From the human T2T-CHM13v2.0 reference genome, Homo sapiens: DNA of 64,000 bases. The stretch lies in the NCBI RefSeq assembly GCF_009914755.1, contig NC_060946.1. One strand, 5' to 3'. The notes beneath the pieces are model-generated. The model was not told the origin of the DNA. It saw only the letters and a list, made by a program, of their open reading frames with translations, and ran no database searches. Positions 12,940-25,900 of this stretch are shown piece by piece; the first letter of the stretch is position 1; the number at the start of each line of letters is the position of its first letter. The position numbers and the translations under genes were made by a program.

Positions 12940-14222
12940 CGTTATTTGGCCGAAACCCAGAATACCAGGAGGCCAGCCCTCGCTCTGCAGCCGTCTCCCC
13001 TGAGGGCCCAGCCTGGATTCAGGCCTTTTGGCTTGGCCAAAGCCCTTCTGAGTCCCACCCTGAGCCTTTGCGGGAGGGTGACGTCATGTGCTTTATTGCT
13101 TTGTTTATGTGCTTCAGTCACCGTTCCGCTCCTGCAGCGACCAGTCAGGCACAGAACACTGAGGCCGCCAAAGACTGGCCCTTGGTTCCAGTTGCCCGCA
13201 CGGAACTGTGTGTCTGGGGCCCAGTTGCTGAGGAAGTACCTCAGAGGACACCGCTGACACAAGCCACAGGTGCTGACGTGGCCGCACCTCCCAGGGCTCC
13301 TTAGCAGGTGTGCACCTCGAGACAGGTGTTCACCCAAACATGAGCCGTGGAGGGCTCCCTGCTGGGTAGGCCCGGGGTCTGCATTGTCAGGGGCTGGTCG
13401 GGGCGGCCTCAAAGGGGCTCTGGTCTCCACCCAGCTCCTGCGTTCCCTCCTGTACATTGAGCAGAGCACCTCCAGGGGGCTTTGGGTCGGCTCCCCCTCC
13501 TGTGTTCTCATGAGAGGCTGCTGGAGCGTGGCCCACTGGGACAGGAGAGGGACCGCCATTCCTGGGTGAGTCTAGGACACTCACCTTCCAAGCCCCCTGC
13601 TTCCAGCCACTTAGGAGGAGGCGCGGTGTCCTGGCCGGGGAGGTTGTGAGTGTCTGCCCAGGGCGCCTGGGCTGAGCTGCGCTCGCTAAGACCCAAGTTC
13701 AGGAGTGGCGGCAGGAGAAGCCCCGCTCTCACTGCCTCACCGCCCTGCTTATGTCTCCAGATAATCCCGTTGTAATAAACTTAATTCCTGCCAGTCCGTG
13801 AGAACCAGCCTGTGGACCTGTTGCGAAGTCCACATCATGTGACTGCTCCTATTACACTGTCAGTCTTGATTAAGATCCCACTCTGAAATGTCAAGCTGTG
13901 GTCTTGTCTGCGCTCCCTGATTCATTCATATCTTTTTATAATCATTATCAGATGACACCTCTGTCACTTTGGAGATGTGTAGCTAGGAGCACTGGTGACA
14001 CCCACAGTGAAGCCCAGCAATTTTTGAAGTGATTTCTCCTCATTGGGAGCCACAGACCTAATGTTGAGCAAAAACTGAGCTGTGTGTATTTAGAAATCAA
14101 TTGAAAACATCACATTGCTCAGGCTCTGAATGCGCGTGCTGAGTCTGCCTATTCTTCTCGGTGGCCCAGGCTGCTCCGCTTATTTTAAGATAGAGCTCAT
14201 CGGTTGTGAAAATGCTACTGTG

Positions 14223-14518
14223 GGCCGGGCGTGGTGGCTCACGCCTGTAATCCCAGCACTTTGGGAGGCTGAGGTGGGCGGATCACGAGGTCAGGAGATC
14301 GAGACCACAGTGAAACCCCGTCTCTACTAAAAATACAAAAAATTAGCCGGGTGTGGTGGCGGGCACCTGTAGTCCCAGCTACTGGGGAGGCTGAGGCAGG
14401 AGAATGGTGTGAACCCAGGAGGCAGAACTTGCATTGAGATCGTGCCACTGCACTCCAGCCTGGGTGACAGAGTGAGACTCTGTCTCAAAAAAAAAAAAAA
14501 AAGAAAGAAAGAAAGAAA
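14223..14518 (+). mobile_element. AluY-lineage SINE with 12-bp left-arm deletion (Yd-type) and 15-bp TSD
   Basis: GATCACGAGGTCAGGAGATCGAGACCAC(A)GTGAAACCCCG lacks TCCTGGCTAACA; GAGAATGG.GTGAACCC is a Y diagnostic; TSD GAAAATGCTACTGTG at 14208-14222 and 14519-14533. Confidence 0.93.
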
Positions 14519-14894
14519 GAAAATGCTACTGTGTGGCACCCATTTCAGGAGACAAGGCTCGTTTATCCGGAAGCTGGCCTTGCTTGGCAGCCAGCCAGGC
14601 CTGCAGGGGATGCCTGCCCCTGCCTTTGCTCCTTCTGCAGGCCCTGAAAGCCTGGCCCTGGCGGCTTGGGCCTGGGGGTTGTCCCTGGGGCTCAGTTGCT
14701 GCCCTGGCTTCTGCAGCCTGTGAGCATTCCCCATGCTGGGGCGGCTTATCACAAAGTGCAACTTGCCCCTACCCCAAAAAAACCTGCCTCCCACAATCGG
14801 CAGCACACAGCCTTGGGCAGGTGCTGGAGTTGGAAGGGTCTGGCATACAGACTCCGGAGCCCTGACTCTAGGACCGCTCTGGCTTGTTAGCATG

Positions 14895-15254
14895 TATGTT
14901 AGTCCATTTTCATACTGCTTTAAAGAAATACCCGAGACTGGGTAATTTATAAAGAAAAAGAGGTTTAATGAACTCACAGTTCCACATGGCTGGGGAGGCC
15001 TCATAAACATGGAGGACGGCGAAGGAGGAGCAAAGTCACATGTTACATGGTAGCAGGCAAGCGAGCATGTGCAGGGTTACTGCCCTTTATAAAACCATCA
15101 GATCTCGTGAGACTTACTGTCACGGGGACAGCCTGGGAAAGACCCACCTCCATGATTCAGTGACCTCCTGCCGGGCCCCTCCCATGACATGTGGGGATTG
15201 TGGGAGCTACAATTCAAGATGAGATTTGGGTGGGGACACAGCCAAACCATATTA
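14895..15254 (-). mobile_element. THE1 solo LTR (ERVL-MaLR)
   Basis: Ends with ATTCAAGATGAGATTTGGGTGGGGACACAGCCAAACCATATTA (reverse complement of the THE1 5' end); near-TSD GCATG/GCCTG. Confidence 0.92.
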
Positions 15255-16112
15255 GCCTGCAACCTTGATCAGGTCACTCTGTCCTTCCTCGCCCAGTCCC
15301 AGAAGCAGACAGGTTCCCATCGGTAGTCCTGAGAGTTGCCACCTTGCTTTTTGCCTTCCCCTTACGCACGCATTTATAATCCTCGGACCAGCTCTCCCAC
15401 AGAGGGCAGTTGTCCCCAGATCAGAGCTGAACTTGCTTGGAGCCACACAGCTGGTATGTGGCACTGTGAGTGGAACCCAGGGCAGCCGACTCCACGTCTG
15501 GGCTTCCAGCTTCGTCGGCTGCCCTGACTTTCCTCCATGTCTTCCGGAAGGCCCTCCCAACTGCCTCACTCTGAAGCAGGGCACCATGATTCTGTAAGGA
15601 AATGAGATTTGAGCCACACGCCTGTTTGTGCCACACACCTGCTCTTTCCTACGTTGCTTGTAGTGTTTTCCCAGAAAGGTGGGAAGAAGGAAGAAGGGAA
15701 GGAGAGAAGGAGGGAGAGAACAAAGAAGGAAATGACGTGGATAATATCTTAAACACTACAGTTTTTTAATATCAAATTCCACTAGTTCCAAAATAGAACT
15801 TAGCTGGATAATATTCTGAGTTGTGGCTGGAATTTCTGTTCTACCAAATGGTTGTCTGGCATGAAACGTATTTGGATTTTTATGGATCAATTTTATCAGT
15901 AACAGTGCTAGTTGGACATAAGCAACATCAGCCTCCTGTGTGCTGGGCCCACTAGTAGGCACTGAGAATTCTTCCCACATCTGCCACAGCTCTGGCCCCT
16001 GTGGCTCTTTGCCAAGGTCAGCTCCTCATAGGACTAGCTCCCTCCAGGTTCCCAGTAGGAAGATGGGACCTGTGGAGCCTACTTTCAAGCCTACCCCAGA
16101 AGCTGTTTACTT

Positions 16113-16835
16113 TCCCATCCATCCACCCACACACCCATCCATTCACCCACCCACCCATTCACCCACCAACCCATCCATCCATTCACCCACCCACCCACCC
16201 ACTCATCCACCCCATCCACCCACCCATTCTTCCATCCATCCATCCACCCACCCATCCATTCATTCAGCCACCCACCCATCCATCCACCCACCCACCCATT
16301 CTTCCATCCATCCACCCACCCATTCTTCCATCCATCCTGCCACCCACCCATCCATTCACCCACCCACCCACCCATCCATTCACCCACCCACCCACCCATC
16401 CATTCACCCGCCCACCCACCCATCCCTTCACCCACTATGCATCCATCCACCTACCCATCCATCCACCTACCCATCCATCCACCCACCCACCCATCTATCC
16501 ACCTACCCATTCACCCACCCATCCATCCACCCATCATCCATCCATCTGCACATCCATCCATTCACCTGCCCACCATCCATCCATCCATCCATCCATCTAC
16601 TCACCCACCTATCTACCCACCCACCCCCATCCATCTACCCATCCCCCATTCATGTATCCACCCACCCACCCCATCCATTTATCCACACATATGTATACCA
16701 CCCACCCCCCATTCATCCTTCTATCCACCCACCCACCCACTCATCCATCCATCCTCCTACCCTCCCATCCACCCATCCATTCATCCACCCATCCATCCAT
16801 CCACCCATCCACCCACCCACCCGACCACCCACCAT
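16113..16835. repeat. Degenerate (CCAT/CCCA)n simple repeat abutting an L2-like tail (to about 16890)
   Basis: About 720 bp of CCATCCACCCACCC, followed by CATTCAGCATTTATTTGGACACATACTCTG. Confidence 0.92.
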
Positions 16836-18604
16836 TCAGCATTTATTTGGACACATACTCTGTTGCTCTCAGTCAAGCACTGTGGAGTTCTGAGCCTTTG
16901 CCCTCAGAGGAGGCAGACTCTGGTCCTGTGAGGGCCTGCTGGAATCATGCACAGGCCTTGAAGGTGACTGCCTGGTGGAGACATTAAGAACCACCCAACT
17001 CCCCAGAGGAAGGTACTGGGAAGAGAGTGCCCCACCTAAGCCTTGGCCTCAAAAGGACCTTTTCTCCTGGAAGCCCCCGTCTCTCTCTCTCCCAGAAGGG
17101 GAATCATCCAGGTGGATCGGTACCCTGGAGCCACCCCTGTCCCCACCTCTGCCCTTAAGAGTTTGAGCCAGACTCAGTGGAGCAGACTCTGAGGTCTACA
17201 AATCGACGGAGACCTGACAGCAACTTTTGTGCCTGTAAGTCCATAAATCTCTGGCCTGAGTACTTGGCAGTGACCCTTTAACATTCCTGAAAACAAAGAA
17301 AAGGTGTCCCAATAGCAGAGGATTTGCAGCCAGGATTTTACTGGAATTAGGAAGTAGAAGCCCTGCCGCGCTGGCTAGCTAATGAGTTTTGAACCGCTTC
17401 CAGGAATAAGTGTGAGTTTAGAATATCACCATCAGTGCAGTGGCCCTACACCTTCCGGGGAATGGTGCTCCACCTGGAATGATACTTAGGCACTGCCTCA
17501 CGTGCAGAAAGCCTGTGACTGAACAACAGAAACTGGGTCCTGGGAAATGCAGAGTTCTTTCCAGTGGGCAGCCCTGCCTGCAGGGTCCCCTGAGCTCTCT
17601 GATGGACACCCAGCTGACCCTAAGCTCTCTGACGGGTGCCTAGTAGCTCTGCATGCATCGCGTGTACCCAGCTGAGCTGTTGATGCTCCAAGGTCCTGTC
17701 AGAGGCAGCTGTTTGAGCATTGGTCCCTGGAGTTGCCAGAGGTGCATGAGGAGGGCTGGGCCCGGAGGTGAAGGTTGACAACTACAGCCCTCCGCTTCTC
17801 CTGCAGAGATAGAAACACCGGAAACACGTGGAGAGGTGTGCACTTACGGCAGGCCCGCTGCCTTCTTCTGCTCCAGCATCCTGTGTCCTGCTGGGCTGGC
17901 CGTGGTGCCTGGCCACACTCCGAATCAAGCCTTTAGTTGGTGATGTCCAAAGGCCCCTCCTCCAGCACTCTGCACCCCTGGTTCAGCCCGATGTCCCTAG
18001 ACGGTGTCAGGGGATCCTGTACCTGAAGACATGGGAGACAAACCATTCCCAAACACCAGGGAAAGGGTGTCCCAAAATATCACTGTCTCTCTAGAGAAAG
18101 GAACCCCTGCACACACCCCACCTGAGCCACCGTGCTCACTTCTCATCGCTGTCAGAGCCGTGCACTTGGGCTGCCAAGACCTGTGAGGACCAGCGGGTTT
18201 CTAGTGGCCGCAGCCGCCCGTTTCCCTTTCCAGAGCTCCTCTCTCCCAGAGGACGGCGTCCAACCGGAAAGGTCCTTTGTGTTTGGAAAGGGCCCTTTTC
18301 TGGCACAGGCTACAGCATAAAGATGAAGAAGTGAGACCACTTCTACCATACTCCAGAACCCACCAGCCCCACTTTGGGGGGCCCTGAGGCCTTGGGTCGC
18401 CACGCAAGGCGGTCTGTGTGACTGCACCAGCGTCCCTCCTTGGCCCCTGTGCTTACTGAGCCCCTGTCTGCCTGGCGTGCACACAGTATACAAGCACATA
18501 CGCGCATGCACTTAGGGCACACTCAGGGGCTCTCCAGAGTCAGTGCCCACCACCTGGAGGCGCGTCGGTGTTACTGTCTCCAGTCAGCACTGGCGGGACT
18601 TCAC

Positions 18605-18821
18605 GGGTGCAGCCCGTGAAGGTGCCTGCTGGCTGAGATCCTGGGACTGGGTGCAGCCCGTGAAGGTGCCTGCTGGCTGAGATCCTGGGACTGGGTGCAG
18701 CCCGTGAAGGTGCCTGCTGGCTGAGATCCTGGGACTGGGTGCAGCCCGTGAAGGTGCCTGCTGGCTGAGATCCTGGGACTGGGTGCAGCCCGTGAAGGTG
18801 CCTGCTGGCTGAGATCCTGGG
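18605..18821. repeat. 5 x 44-bp near-perfect VNTR
   Basis: GGGTGCAGCCCGTGAAGGTGCCTGCTGGCTGAGATCCTGGGACT at 18605, 18649, 18693, 18737 and 18781 (last copy truncated). Confidence 0.97.
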
Positions 18822-19756
18822 TCTTGGGGTCTGGAGGCGGCTGAGCCGTTTGGTGCCGCTGGACCAGAGCCATGTAGATGTTGACTGTAATCGGAACTAC
18901 CTTGGTAATGGTGGCAGACGTTAATAAGCGCGCACCACGTGCCGGCTGCAGCGTTTTTCTGTGCATCTCCCCTTATTCTCACAGCAGCCTGGCAAGGGCA
19001 GGGCTGTTCACACCTGTTTACATCTGGGGCAGGTGAGGTGCCAGGAGGTGGATGACCTAGACCTAGCCCTGGATCCCCACCTGCGTCTTCTGCCAAAGGT
19101 TGGCCCAGGTGGATTGGGAAGGTGCTGGTTCCTCTGTGGAGAGGCTCGGCGTCATCCTTTACGTGCCCAGGTGACTGCCAGGGCCATTTTCTCAGGTAGT
19201 GACCCGTCTGGCTGGTGTTGGAGGGAGTCGAGAGGGCCGCTGCTCTGTGGAAGGAGGACCCTGAGTGGAGAGGTCCTCGGCCCAGAGTCCTTCTTAGCCA
19301 GCACCTTTGACCTCTTAGGACTGTCATCACAGGTGTGGTGACAACCAGAAATGCCCCAACTGAGAATCATTGACTGAGGGTCACTAGCCTGAAAGATTGA
19401 ATTGCCTTTAAGACATGATATTACAAAAGCATCGTCATATGAAGTGGTGATCAAATAATACGCAGCCAGAAGGCAGGGAAAGGGCTGTCCTGGAGGCATG
19501 CTAGGCAGTTCGTTAGGAGAGGTATTCTTGTTTTAGAGTTTTTTATGTTTATGGTATTTGCCAGCTTTTAAATTTCATAGTTTGTTCTGATTTTTTTCTA
19601 AGTAAGCACCTACCTGCACTCCCAGTTTTGAACTCAGGTCTTACGTTCTTTTTCTTTCTAAGAGAAGGTTTCCACATTGTGTAACCTTCAGGGCTTACAC
19701 AGCCTGGGTCGGCCTCAGCCCATTTGAGAGTCAGCGGAGTGGATTATCTGAAAAGT

Positions 19757-20105
19757 AGGGGTTGACTAGGAGGCCACGGTGTGGGGACGCACTGGATTGC
19801 TGGCCTGTCCCATGCTGTTCCTTAAAGCAGGGGTTGACTGGGGGCTGCGGCACGGGGATGCACTGGATTGCTGGCCTGTTCCGTGCTGTCCCTTAAAGCA
19901 GGGGTTGACCAGGAGGCCATGGCGCAGAGATGCACTGGATTGCTGGCCTGTCCCGTGCTGTTCCTTAAAGCAGGGGTTGACTGGGGGCCGCGGCGCGGGG
20001 ATGTGCTGGATTGCTGGTCTGTTTGTGCTGTCCCTTAAAACAGGGGTTGACTGGGGGCCGCGGCGCGGGGACGCACTGGATTGCTGGCCTGTTCCCTGCC
20101 GTCCC
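19757..20105. repeat. 5 x 70-72-bp VNTR with two alternating unit types
   Basis: AGGGGTTGAC...GCACTGGATTGCTGGCCTGT...CCTTAAAGC starting at 19757, 19829, 19900, 19972 and 20042. Confidence 0.93.
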
Positions 20106-22419
20106 TTTCACCCAGGGCTCCTCGCTGTGTTCTCGTGCTGCTGGCTTGCCTGATAACCTCCAAACCCGTTCACGCTAGTCCTTGGGTGGAATTGTTAAAA
20201 GGGTTGATGAACTCTCTCTCTCCCCAGCTCAGAGTCCTGCCATCAGGTTGAAGCCTTTGATTACAGTTGCTAGATAGAATTGATGAAGAGACAGCAGAAG
20301 AGACGTTAGAAAAAAATCTATAAGCTTTATTCCCGAAGAGAGAAAGCCCAGACCCGTGGCTCCTTTGGGCCAGGCCAAGAAAGCATTGGCAACTGTTATC
20401 TCTAATGTCCTCACCACCCATGGCACAACTCAATCTCCACCCCAGGCAGCCGGCACCGATGCCGCTCTGTAATCATCCAGAGATAATCAAATTGGATTAG
20501 CTTTCAGAGTGGGCTGCAGGAATTGATTTAGACTGTGTTACAGGACAGGCAGCGAGATGGTTCTTCCTGATATGTGGTCCATGACTCGGTGGCCCTTTCT
20601 TGATGGGGCGGTGGGAAGGCTTTGCCTGCCGGGACACAGGAGGTCTCCTCATCTGGAGGATGGGACGCCAGGGCTGGGGGATCTTCCCACAGACCTTGTT
20701 CCCTCCTCTGTCGTCTAGCTGCAGAGGCGGCTCTGACACAGGTCAAGAGGCTAGGAGAGGGCTGTCTGCCCACCCGGAAACCTCCACCCTTTTGGATGAC
20801 ACACATTCATTCATTAATTCACCCGTTCATTTGAAAAATACCACAGCCCACCGGCTGGCCCATGAGAGTGGCAGTTACATGGAGATTGCACTGACATGGT
20901 TGGGGAGAGTGGGAAGACACAGCGTCAGGTGAGAGGGAAGGGCCGCTGCGCAGAAGGAAGGCAGCCAGCCGCCCAGCCTGAGTCCAGAAGGGCGAGGGAG
21001 GAGCAGCGGCTCCAGCCAGGTCAGGCCTCGGCGGGTGGCGGGCACTGTCCATCACGGGGCCAACAAGGAGACAAGGGAGGGCTCCGCCACCTGCAGAGGG
21101 CTAAGGAGCAATACTAAACCAACTCGGAGTCGGTCTGCTTTTGCTATAATCAGTTGCCAAGCACAGGCAATGCCAGAGATTAAATATTCCTCCCCGTAAA
21201 AGGTGTTTTGTTCTCGTAAAAACCATTTCTGTGACTCCTGTTACCTTTTAATAACAGATGTGTAAGGCTCAAGTGGGTGTGTTTTGCTGACTTGACCTTG
21301 AGTGGATCCTGCTGCCGGCCTGGTATATAGCATGTGGTGGTCTGTCGGAGGGCTCCCCAGGGGGCTGCGGTCCTCCAACACACACACGTTCTGCACCCAC
21401 CTCCTGGGACATCGTGAGGACCCAGGGGTCACACATAGTGCCCTCAGAGAGGCCTTGGGGCATAGGTGCGCCCTGCTGTTTCCATCCGGGCTGCATTTGG
21501 CCTTCTTCCATCCATACGTTGGTCGCACACAGAGCATTTGCGTTTCTGGCAGTTCTGATGTGGTGGGACAGGGCCGGGCTGGGAGTGAGCCCCGCCGCAG
21601 GGCTCCTGGTCTGTCCTTAAGGGTAGGAGCGGGTCCAGCAGTGAGCACAGGTGGCCTGGCTGCACTGTCTGCGGGGAGCTGTGCCCAGTGGCCAGGAGGG
21701 AGGATGGGACTCAGAGCCAGCGGGGAGCTAGGCTGTCGGTCCTGGGCAGAGGCCGGAGGCCCAGCCTGGGGAAGGATGGGAAGTGGAGGCCACTGAGGGC
21801 TTGGCATGAAGCTGGGACCCTCTAGTCTGTGAGGCTGTGCTGCTCCTGGGAGGGCTGGGGAAGCTCCCCACCAGGCTCCTCCTTCCTCCTAGGACAGTGC
21901 CAGGGAAGAGACTCTCACAGGCCCTTGATCCCAGAGGTGCCTCAGGGTGGGATGGAGACCAGAGTCAAAGCACAAAACAAAGCTGGTCTGAACTGATGAA
22001 AAATGAAGCATCTCAACAGAGGCAAAATAAATTTTAGAAAACCAGCCCCGAGAGGCCACCACCCCATCGGACAGGTGGGATTCCCGTGGATAAAGTGCCC
22101 CCGGCAGGTGTGCTCCTGCCATAGTGACAACGTCTGGGGAAAACCTGTCACAGAGAGAGGCACCTCCCAACACAGGGACCTCTGCAGCCGCTGGACGAGG
22201 AATTCCAGAGAAACCCAAAAGATGTAAAAAAAAAAAAAAAACAGAAGCAGAGAAGAGAGACTATATGGCACGAGAAAAGAACAGTTGGATTTTAAAAATA
22301 GAAATCCTAAAAAGGAGGATGTGCCTAAGAGAGTTTGGTGATCTTGGTTGAGAGAACAAATGCCCACTCGGAATCGCTTGAGACCCTGGAGTTGGGTGCG
22401 TCTCAAGGGCCTGAACAGA

Positions 22420-22695
22420 GTCCCCTCCCTGGAGTCCCTCCCCCGGGGTTCCTTTCCTGGGGTCCCTCTCTCTTGGGCTCCTCTCCTGGGGCCCTTCTCC
22501 CAGGATTCCTCTCCTGGGGTCCCTCCCTCCCCTGGGTTCCTCTCCTGGGGTCCGTTCCTCTCCTGGGGTCCCTCCCTCCCCTGAGTTCCTCTCCTGGGGT
22601 CCCTCCCTCCCCTGGGTCCTCTCCTGGGGTCCCTCCCTCCTCTGGGTTCTTCTCCTGGGGTCCCTCTCTCCCCTGGGTTCCTCTCCTGGGGTCTT
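22420..22695. repeat. Pyrimidine-rich VNTR, about 31-bp unit with shorter variants
   Basis: TTCCTCTCCTGGGGTCCCTCCCTCCCCTGGG repeated. Confidence 0.9.
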
Positions 22696-22787
22696 TCACT
22701 TGGGGATTTCTCTTGCAGTGCCTGCCTGTGCTTCAGGGACCCAGTACCTGACCCAGCCTTGCCACCTCCTGGCTGTGCTCCCGCCTA

Positions 22788-22902
22788 GCCACAGCTTCCC
22801 ATGTGTCCCTTCATGCAGGTTCTAGGGGGCCACGGCTTCCCATGTGTCCCTTCATGCCGGTTCTAGGGGGCCACGGCTTCCCATGTGTCCCTTCATGCAG
22901 GT
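22788..22902. repeat. About 2.8 x 41-bp tandem repeat
   Basis: ATGTGTCCCTTCATGC at 22801, 22842 and 22883. Confidence 0.92.
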
Positions 22903-25900
22903 TATGGGTGTGAGTGGACGAGTAGGCAGAGATAAGGGAGAGAGTAAGTGTGGGAGTGGAGGAAGGAAGCTGGCATTTGTCACTGGCCGCCGAGTGATTG
23001 GTGCCCGTTGTTGGTCCAGTCCCCTGGGGCTGGGGTCACATGGCTCGGGGGCCCTTCCAGAGCTGCAGTCAGGGCTGGACCGCAGATGTGTCCGTGACAT
23101 GTCGTGGTTGGGGGACAGGCTCTGCTGGCCTGTGGAGGTGAGCTCACGGCCCGGCGGCGGCAGGAATCACGGACGCTCACATCTGCTCCGTGGCATCCTG
23201 TGCGGCCTCCATTTATTTCCCTCAAATGGCTTTCAAAACCTTCTAAAAATAGGAGCTTAATGAGACGTTTAGCAAAATGCCACACAGTATTTATCCCTGC
23301 ACTTGGCTGCATTGTTAGTTCTTCCAAAGAAAAAGCTCTCCCGTGTATACAGCGTGCCACCCCCACGGCCACAGGCCAGGCTGGCTGCCGAGAAGGCTGG
23401 AGGAGGTGGGCGGGACAGAGTTGTGATGGGACCACTCCCCCGCCCAGGTGGGCAGCTTTGTGAGGACTAGTGGGGAAGGGACACGACCAAGGCCACCAGC
23501 CCTGCCCCGGGAGCTCACAGAGGCCGGAAGGATGGCAGAGCCGGCAGGGCTGCAGGGAGGTACCCGCAGTGGCGAGTCAGGGAGGAAGGTTCTGGAAGAA
23601 GGGGCTGGCACTGGGGCCGAGATGGCTGAGGCTCTTGGGTTTTTAGAGGCTTGTTCTTTGGAGGATGTGATGTCCTCTTGGGAAGGTTTCCTGATGATGT
23701 GTCTTACTCGTTGTGGACTGGGGTGATTGTCACCTCCACCTTAATGGGATGCCTTGGGCCTTTTGGCCTAGCCCTCATCTCTGGTCTCTCTGGGGTATGA
23801 ATCCCATCCTCAGCCTCAGATGAACCCCTTCAGAGAGGAGGGGCCTCCTCTCCCATAGCAGAAACCCCACAGCACTGACTCCTCAGGGGCAGCGGGGCTG
23901 GGCCTGTGCACCAGGAGCAGATGGGCCAGGGGCTGGGATTAGCCCCTCTGGTCTTACTGTTCCTGTCTATAAAATGAGTGGACTGCATTTCTCCAAGCCT
24001 GTTAGAGTCCATGAGGAAAGGATAGCGAAGGGCCCCACGCGGCACGGGGCACAGTCACTGGTGCACTGTAAACGCCCCTGAGATCAGTGGCAGCCACAGT
24101 CCGGAGCACCGCCACGCCCATTCAGGCAAAGCAGGAACCAAATACTGCCAACCAGAAGTCAGATTTGGAGGGCACTGGGGAGTGGGCGGCCCTCCTGGCT
24201 GCACTCACAGTGGGGTGGCGAGGGCTCCAGGCAGCTTGGAGCCGGCCTCTGAGGCCCCCCGAGTTCATCTTTTGGACATCTCAAAAGTCCGCAAACACGT
24301 GACCCAGGACTCACCCTGTGTGCTCCCATCTCTGCTCCAGGAGTGTCCCAGTTCCGTCTAGAACAGCTCTCGAGCCCGCGTACACCTGAGGCGGTCTGGG
24401 TGGCCGGGCTTGCTGGGTGGCACCGGAGTCCCTGTGCCACGGTACTTCTGCCGAGCCGCCTCTGCACCTGGGTGCCTGGGCCTTCTCGCCGAGCTGTCTG
24501 CTCGTTGGCTTGCCCACTTGTGGGCCACAAGCACGTGTGCCACAGCTCCACAAGAGCCTGGCATGGGCTGGTGGGCTGCAGCGCTAGCTCAAGGCCAGTA
24601 CGCGGTCTCCCCAGCCCCCTTCTGAGCCAGACCCTTCTCTGTGGGTCACCAAGTGCCCCACTCCCACCCCCAGCATCGTCCCCTGCACCCACGGGGCTCC
24701 CGTGCGTGTGACCCTCCCTTGGGACCAGATAGCTAGAGACCTCCGCCCCCACCACCCTGCTGAATGATGGTGCCATTCTCTTCCTTCCGTGGGAACTCTG
24801 TGGCCCTCACGTGGCGTGCATGTGGCTGTGTGGCCAGCACAGAGGCCTTGTGCTTCTGCCTCAGGCACCTGGCGTGACTGATGGCCTTGCTCTTCCTGCT
24901 GTGATGCTGGGGCCATGGGGTCTCAGAGAGGATGTGGGATCCGCTGTGGCCCCTCAGAGGCTGAGGGGCCTGTGAGCTGCGTGGGGAGCAACCCGCTCCG
25001 CTTAAAGGAAAGGGACCTAGACCTGCTGGGTTCGTGCAGATTCCTGCGAGCCTGGCTGTGCGGGCCCAGAGCCTCACCAGACTGTTGATCTGAACACACT
25101 TTTAAACGCTGCGTGGTGTGGGGTTCTGTGTGACACTCAGCGCCCACCCGTGTACTCTCCACCTTCCCGGGTGAGGCAGGCCAGCGGCTTCCCGGCGCAC
25201 TCACGCAGAACCGACCTTTCCAGATCGCAGCCCCACTGCATGCCTTCCTCCTGCCCTCCCAGGCAGCAGAAAAATCAATGTGAGAACACAGACTTGAACA
25301 ACTCGGGAAATTGAATAATTTTCACAATGTATATTACAAGGAAAAAGATCATTTTGCTAGTGAATCTATGAAATCAACTTGAAAATCAATATTGCTACAT
25401 GTTTAAAGGTAGCCTTGGAAGCTTGGTCCATGGCTGGGAGAGGCTCTGGTACCTGGGCTCCCTCGTGGCCCCTCTCCAGGGGGCCTCACTGGGGGTCCTG
25501 AGCACTGGGCTGTGCTGGCTGCTGAGCCAGGGCTTCTTCCTGTGGGGCTCAGGGAGGTTCCATGAGTCATTTCCCCTGAAGCTCTTTCAGACCTGTGTGG
25601 TCACCAGTGACCTTACTCTCCTGGAAGCCCTGCGTCTGCTCTGGGGTTGAAGAAGACCCCTGGGGGAACGGAGAGCATAAAGCCACCATGCCGGCCTGTC
25701 GGGAAAGAGCAGCGTCACCCAGGGGACGGGGAGGACCCCTTCGCGGTGTGGACGTGGCAGTGCAGCCCAGTGACCTGCACTTTTCAAGCTGATGGGGCCA
25801 GCAATGTCACCTCTGGGGTCTCAGCTTCTGAAGATAGAAGGGCCCACTGCAGAGGGCCGTGTGCATAGGAGCGTGTGCGGCCGTGGTCTGGGCCTTACTC

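Noticed and set aside
15940-16987. 317/328-aa His/Pro/Thr ORFs
   Set aside because: Artefact of the (CCAT/CCCA)n repeat.
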